Both the position numbers and the translations under genes were made by a program. A DNA stretch of 64,000 nt from Eledone cirrhosa (lineage: Eukaryota): NCBI GenBank assembly GCA_964016885.1, contig OZ024743.1, positions 136,462,001 to 136,526,000 on the forward strand. Reading direction: 5' to 3'. Under the pieces are notes generated by a model that made no database searches, had not been told where the DNA came from, and saw only the letters and a list, made by a program, of their open reading frames with translations. This document shows, piece after piece, positions 58,816-64,000 of the stretch. How positions within the stretch are numbered: position 1 is the first letter of the stretch; every line of letters starts with the position of its first letter.

Positions 58816-61800
58816 GGTGTTTGATGCTTGGTGTTTGCTGCTTGGTGCTTGGTGTTTGGTGTTTTGTGTTTGGTGCTTGGTGCTTGGTGCCTGGTGCTTG
58901 GTGCTTGGTGCTTGTTGTTTGGTGCTTGGTGCTTGGTGATTAGTGTTTGGTGCTTGGTGCTTGCGGTTTGATGTTTGGTGCTTGGGGTTTGGTGTTTGGT
59001 GCTTGGTGCTTGGTGTTTGGTGCTTGGTGCTTGGTGCTTGGTGTTTGGTGCTTGGTGCTTGGTGTTTGGTGCTTGGTGCTTGGTGTTTGGTGCTTGGTGT
59101 TTGGTGCTTGGTGCTTGGTGCTTGGTGCTTGGTGTTAGGTGTTTGGTGCTTGGTGCTTGGTGTTTGATGTTTGGTCCTTGGTGCTTGGTGTTTGGTGTTT
59201 GGTGCTTGGTGCTTGGTGTTTGGTGTTTGGTGCTTGCTGCTTGCTGCTTGGTGTTTGGTGCTTGGTGATTGGTGCTTGGTGTTTTGTGCTTGGTGCTTGG
59301 TGTTTGGTGTTTGGTGCTAGGGGCTTGGTGCTTGGTGCTTGGTGTTTGGTGCTTGGTGCTTGCTGTTTGGTGTTTGGTGCTTGGTGCGTGGGACTTAGTG
59401 TTTGGTGTTTGGTGCTTGGTGTTGGGTGCTTGGTGTTTGGTGCTTGGTGTTTGGGGCTTCGTGTTCGGTGCTTGGTGCTTGGTGCTTGGGGCTTGGTGTT
59501 TGGTGTTTGGTGCTTGGTGCTTGGTGTTTGATGTTGGGTCCTTGGTGCTTGGTGTTTGGTGTTTGGTGCTTGGTGTTTGGTGTTTGGTGTTTGGTGTTTG
59601 GTGCTTGGTGTATGGTGCTTGGTGCTTGGTGCTGGGTGGTTGGTGTTTGGTGCTTGGTGCTTGGTGTTTGGTGCTTGGTGCTTGGTGCTTGTTGTTTGGT
59701 GCTTGGTGCTTGGTGCTTGGTCTTTGGTGCATGGTGTTTGGTGTTTCGCGCTTGGTGCTTGGTGCTTCGTGATTGGTGCTTGGTGCTTGGTGCTTGGTGT
59801 TTGGTGCTTGGTGCTTGGTGATTAGTGTTTGTTTCTTGGTGCTTGGGGTTTGGTGGTTGGTGCTTGGTGCTTGGTGTTTGGTGTTTGGTGTTTGGTGTTT
59901 GCTGTTTGCTGTTTGGTGTCTGCTTTTTGGTGTTTGGTGTTTGCTGTATGGTGTTTGCTGTTTCGTATTTGGTTTTTGCTGTTTGGTGTTTGGTGTTTGC
60001 TGTTTGGTGTTTGGTGTTTGGTGTTTGGTGCTTGGTGCTTGGTGTTTGGCGTTTGGTGCTTGGTGCTTGGTGTTTGGTGCTTGGTGCTTGGTGTTTGGTG
60101 TTTGGTGCTTGGTGCCTGGTGCTTGTTGTATGGTGTTTGGTGCTTGGTGCTTGGTGTTTGGTGTTTGGTGCTGGGTGCATGGCGTTTGGTGTTTGGTGCT
60201 TAGTGCTTGGTGTTTGGTGTTTGATGCTTGGTGTGTGGTGCTTGGTGCTTGGTGTTTTGTGTTTGGTGCTTGGTGCTTGGTGCCTGGTGCTTGGTGCCTG
60301 GTGCTTGGTGTTTGGTGTTTGATGCTTGGTGTTTGGTGTTTGGTGTTTGGTACTTGGTGTTCGGTGCTTGGTGCTTGGTGCTTGGTGCTTGGTGTTTGGT
60401 GTTTGGTGATTGGTGCTTGGTGTTTGATGTTTGGTCCTTGGTGCTTGGTGTTTGGTGTTGTGTGCTTGGTGCTTGGTGCTTGGTGTTTGGTGCTTGGTGC
60501 TTGGTGCTTGGTGTTTGGCGTTTGCTGTTTGCTGTTTGGTGTTTGGTGTTTGCTGTTTGGTGTTTGCTGTTTGGTGTTTGGTGTTTGGTGCTTGCTGTTT
60601 GGTGCTTGGTGCTTGGTGTTTGGTGTTTGGTGCTTGGTGTTTGGTGCTTGGTGCTTGGTGCTGGGTGTTTGGTGCTTGGTGCTTGGTGTTTGGTGCTTGG
60701 TGATTGGTGCTTGGTGTTTGGTCCTTGGTGCTTGGTGCTTGGTCTTTGGTGCTTGGGTTTTGGTGTTTGGTGCTTGGTGCTTGGTGTTTGGTGCTTGGTG
60801 CTTGGTGCTTGGTGCTTGGAGTTTGGTGCTTGCTGCTTGGTGCTTGGTGTTTGGTGCTTGGTGCTTGGTGATTAGTGTTTGGTGATTGGTGCTTGGGGTT
60901 TGGTGTTTGGGGCTTGGTGTTTGGTGCTTAGTGCTTGCTGTTTGGTGTTTGGTGTTTGGTTCTTGGTGCTTGGTGTTTGGTGTTTGGTGTTTGGTGCTTG
61001 GTGCTTGGTGCTTGGTGTTTGGTGCTTGGTGCTTGGTGCTTGGTGTTTGGTGCTGCGTGCTTGGTGTTTGGTGTTTGGTGCTTGGTGCCTGGTGCTTGTT
61101 GTTTGTTGTTTGGTGCTTAGTGCTTGGTTTTTGGTGTTTGGTGCTTGGTGCTTGGTGGCTGGTGTTTGGTGCTTGGTGTTTGGAGTTTGGTGCTTGGTGC
61201 TTGGTGCCTGGTGTTTCGTGCTTGGTGCTTGGTGCTTGGTGTTTGGTGTTTGGTGCTTGGTGTTTGGTGCTTGGTGTTTGGTGCTTGGTGCTTGGTGCTT
61301 GGTGTTAGGTGTTTGGTGCTTGGTGCTTGTTGTTTGATGTTTGGTCCTTGGTGCTTGGTGTTTGGTGCTTGGTGATTGGTGCTTGGTGTTTTATGCTTGG
61401 TGCTTGGTGTTTGGTGCTAGGGGCTTGGTGCTTGATGCTTGGTGTTTGGTGCTTGGTGCTTGCTGTTTGGTGTTTGGTGCTTGGTGCGTGGGACTTAGTG
61501 TTTGGTGTTTGGTGCTTGGTGTTTGGTGCTTGGTGTTTGGTGTTTGGTACTTGGTGCTTGGTGCTTGGTGCTTGGTGTTTGGTGCTTGGTGTTTGATGCT
61601 GCGAGCTTGGTGTTTGGTGTTTGGTGCTTGGTGCTTGGTGTTTGGTGTTTGGAGCTTGGTGCCTGGTGCTTGTTGTTTGGTGTTTGGCGCTTGGTGCTTG
61701 TTGTTTGGTGTTTGGTGCTTGGTGCTTGGTGCTTGGTATCTGGTGTTTGGTGCTTGGTGTTTGGTGTTTGGTGCTTGGTGCCTGGGGCTTGTTGTTTGGT

Positions 61801-64000
61801 GTTTGGTGCTTAGTGCTTGGTGTTTGGTGTTTGGTGCTTGGTGCTTGGTGGCTGGTGCTTGGTGCTTGGTGTTCGGAGTTTGGTGCTTGGTGCTTGGTGC
61901 CTGGTGTTTCGTGCTTGGTGCTTGGTGCTTGGTGTTTGGTGTTTGGTGCTTGGTGTTTGGTGCTTGGTGTTTGTTGCTTGGTGCTTGGTGCTTGGTGTTA
62001 GGTGTTTGGTGATTGGTGCTTGGTGTTTGATGTTTGGTCCTTGGTGCTTGTTGTTTGGTGTTTGGTGCTTGGTGCTTGGTGTTTGGTGTTTGGTGCTTGC
62101 TGCTTGCTGCTTGGTGTTTGGTGCTTGGTGATTGGTGCTTGGTGTTTTATGCTTGGTGCTTGGTGTTTGGTGCTAGGGGCTTGGTGCTTGATGCTTGGTG
62201 TTTGGTGCTTGGTGCTTGCTGTTTGGTGTTTGGTGCTTGGTGCGTGGGACTTAGTGTTTGGTGTTTGGTGCTTGGTGTTTTGTGCTTGGTGTTTGGTGCT
62301 TGTGCTTGGTGTTTGGTGTTTGGTGCTTGGTGCTTGGGACTTGGTGTTTGGTGCTTAGTGTTTGGTGCTTGGTGTTTGGTGCTTGGTGCTTGGTGCTTGG
62401 TGTTTGGTGTATGGTGTTTGGTGCTTGGTGTTTGGTGCTTGGTGCTTGGTGCTGGGTGGTTGGTGTTTGGTGTTTGGTGCTTGGTGATTGGTGCTTATTG
62501 TTTGGTGCTTGGTGCTTGGTGCTTGGTGCTTGGTCTTTGGTGCTTGGTGTTTGGTGTTTGGTGCTTGGTGCTTGGTGCTTGGTGATTAGTGTTTGGTGCT
62601 TGGTGCTTGGTGCCTGGTGCTTGGTGCTTGGTGCTTGTTGTTTGGTGCTTGGTGCTTGGTGATTAGTGTTTGGTGCTTGGTTCTTGGGGTTTGCTGTTTG
62701 GTGCTTGGGGTTTGGTGTTTGGTGCTTGGTGCTTGGTGTTTGGTGCTTGGTGCTTGGTGTTTGGTGCTTGGTGCTTTGTGTTTGGTGCTTGGTGTTTGGT
62801 GCTTGGTGCTTGGTGCTTGGTGCTTGGTGTTAGGTGTTTGGTGCTTGGTGATTGGTGTTTGATGTTAGGTTCTTGGTGCTTGGTGTTTGGTGTTTGGTGC
62901 TTGGTGCTTGGTGTTTGGTGTTTGGTGCTTGCTGCTTGGTGCTTGGTGTTTTGTGTTTGGAGTTTGGTGCTTGGTGTTTGGTGCTTGGTGCTTGGTGTTT
63001 GGTGTTTGGTGTTTGGTGTTTGGAGATTGGTGCTTGGTGTTTGGTGCTTGGTGCTTGGTGCTTGGTGTTAGGCATTTGGTGCTTGGTGCTTGGTGTTTGA
63101 TGTTTGGTCCTTGGTGCTTGGTGTTTGGTATTTGGAGCTTGGTGCTTGGTGTTTGGTGTTTGGTGCTTGCTGCTTGCTGCTTTGTGTTTGGTGCTAGGGA
63201 CTTGGTGCTTGGTGCTTGGTGTTTGGTGCTTGGTGTTTGGTTTTTGGTGCTTGGTGCGTGGGACCTGGTGTTTGGTGCTTGGTGTTTGGTGCTTGGTGTT
63301 TGGTGCTTGGTGCCTGGTGCTTGGTGTTTGGTGTTTGGTGCTTGGTGTTTGGTGCTTGGTGTTTGGTACTTGGTGTTCGGTGCTTGGTGCTTGGTGCTTG
63401 GTGCTTGGTGTTTGGTGTTTGGTGCTTGGTGCTTGGTGTTTGATGTTTGGTCCTTGGTGCTTGGTGTTTGGTGTTGTGTGCTTGGTGCTTGGTGCTTGGT
63501 GTTTGGTGCTTGGTGCTTGGTGCTTGGTGTTTGGCGTTTGCTGTTTGCTGTTTGGTGTTTGGTGTTTGCTGTTTGGTGTTTGCTGTTTGGTGTTTGGTGT
63601 TTGGTGCTTGGTGCTTGGTGTTTGCTGCTTGGTGCTTGGTGCTTGGTGTTTGGTCCTTGGTGCTTGGTGCTTGGTCTTTGGTGCTTGGGTTCTGGTGTTT
63701 GGTGCTTGGTGCTTGGTGCTTGGTGCTTGGTGCTTGGTGTTTGGTGCTTGCTGCTTGGTGCTTGGTGTTTGGTGCTTGGTGCTTGGTGATTAGTGTTTGG
63801 TGATTGGTGCTTCGGGTTTGGTGTTTGGGGCTTGGTGTTTGGTGCTTGGTGCTTGCTGTTTGGTGATTGGTGTTTGGTTCTTGGTGCTTGGTGTTTGGTG
63901 TTTGGTGTTTGGTGCTTGGTGCTTGGTGCTTGGTGTTTGGTGCTTGGTGCTTGGTGCTTGGTGTTTGGTGCTGCGTGCTTGGTGTTTGGTGTTTGGTGCT

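Larger units (their letters stand above)
1..64000 (+). repeat. Heptameric satellite array (TTGGTGY)n, ~9,140 monomers, running off both window edges
   Basis: Every line is tandem TTGGTGC/TTGGTGT with scattered substitution variants (TTGGTGA, TTAGTGT, TTGCTGT, TTGATGT, TAGGTGT, TTGGGGT, CTGGTGC). First full monomer starts at 2 and last at 63993; 63991 bp plus 10 net deleted bases = 9143 x 7. Same orientation throughout; the + strand is G/T-rich and almost A-free. Confidence 0.99.
36250..64000 (+). repeat. Right domain: more variant-rich HOR family of the same heptamer
   Basis: Characteristic marker strings are GCTAGGGACTT, GCGTGGGACTT, GCTTATTGTTT, GTTTTATGC, GGTATTTGGAGC and TTAGGCGTTT. GAGCTC is replaced by GAGCTT/GAGCGC. 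Boundary is approximate (plus or minus several hundred bp). Confidence 0.75.

Noticed and set aside
819-63200. Canonical telomere motifs (TTAGG, TTGGGG, CTAGGG)
   Set aside because: They occur only as isolated, in-phase substitution variants of TTGGTGY and never in tandem. HOR-level inheritance of variants also argues against direct telomerase synthesis.
2-63803. Hundreds of + strand ORFs resembling Trp/Cys-rich membrane proteins
   Set aside because: They overlap in all three frames with the same heptad, start mostly at repeat-derived TTG/GTG, and end at variant monomers. There is no non-repetitive domain, and variation follows 7-bp rather than codon periodicity.
1-64000. CRISPR-like or other repeat-spacer array
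   Set aside because: There are no unique spacers. Sequence between recurrent landmarks is the same heptamer, and no cas or other genes are present.
1-64000. Strong G-quadruplex-forming array
   Set aside because: The consensus has only GG runs, and GGG/GGGG variants are too sparse for canonical three-tier G4. Weak two-tier structures cannot be excluded.
1-64000. Bacterial heptamer repeats (cyanobacterial STRR-like)
   Set aside because: Those are short intergenic tracts of tens to hundreds of bp between genes. 64 kb without a gene and with multi-kb HORs does not fit, although the host is unknown.
1-64000. Pure sequencing or basecalling artefact, or synthetic low-complexity sequence
   Set aside because: Rare variants and indels are reproduced in consistent nested order at fixed offsets, with graded divergence, which random error would not generate. 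Copy number of the identical 7948-bp block remains unverified.

Overview
The whole 64 kb window is one uninterrupted, head-to-tail satellite array of the heptamer TTGGTGY (TTGGTGC/TTGGTGT; complement GCACCAA/ACACCAA), about 9,140 monomers. I saw no unique sequence, inversion, transposon, RNA gene or credible CDS. All ORFs in the track are by-products of translating a 7-bp repeat (WCLVLGA on +, TKHQAPS on -). The information lies in the variant pattern. The C/T dimorphism and rare marker monomers are copied faithfully in nested higher-order repeats: 224, 518, 588/812, 1203, 1421, ~1960-2057, 3542, 4997/2778, 6455 and 7948 bp. Each length is a multiple of 7 once 16 single-base indels (about 7 independent events) are counted, and that indel inventory reproduces the monomer phase across the window. 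The array divides into a homogeneous left domain (~1-36.2 kb, 15 SacI-marked units) and a more variant-rich right domain (~36.2-64 kb), with islands of right-type sequence inside the left domain. The best interpretation (inference) is a eukaryotic centromeric, pericentromeric or subtelomeric satellite maintained by recombination. Organism and function cannot be determined from this window. All comparisons were made by eye and from ORF-track offsets, not by computed alignment.
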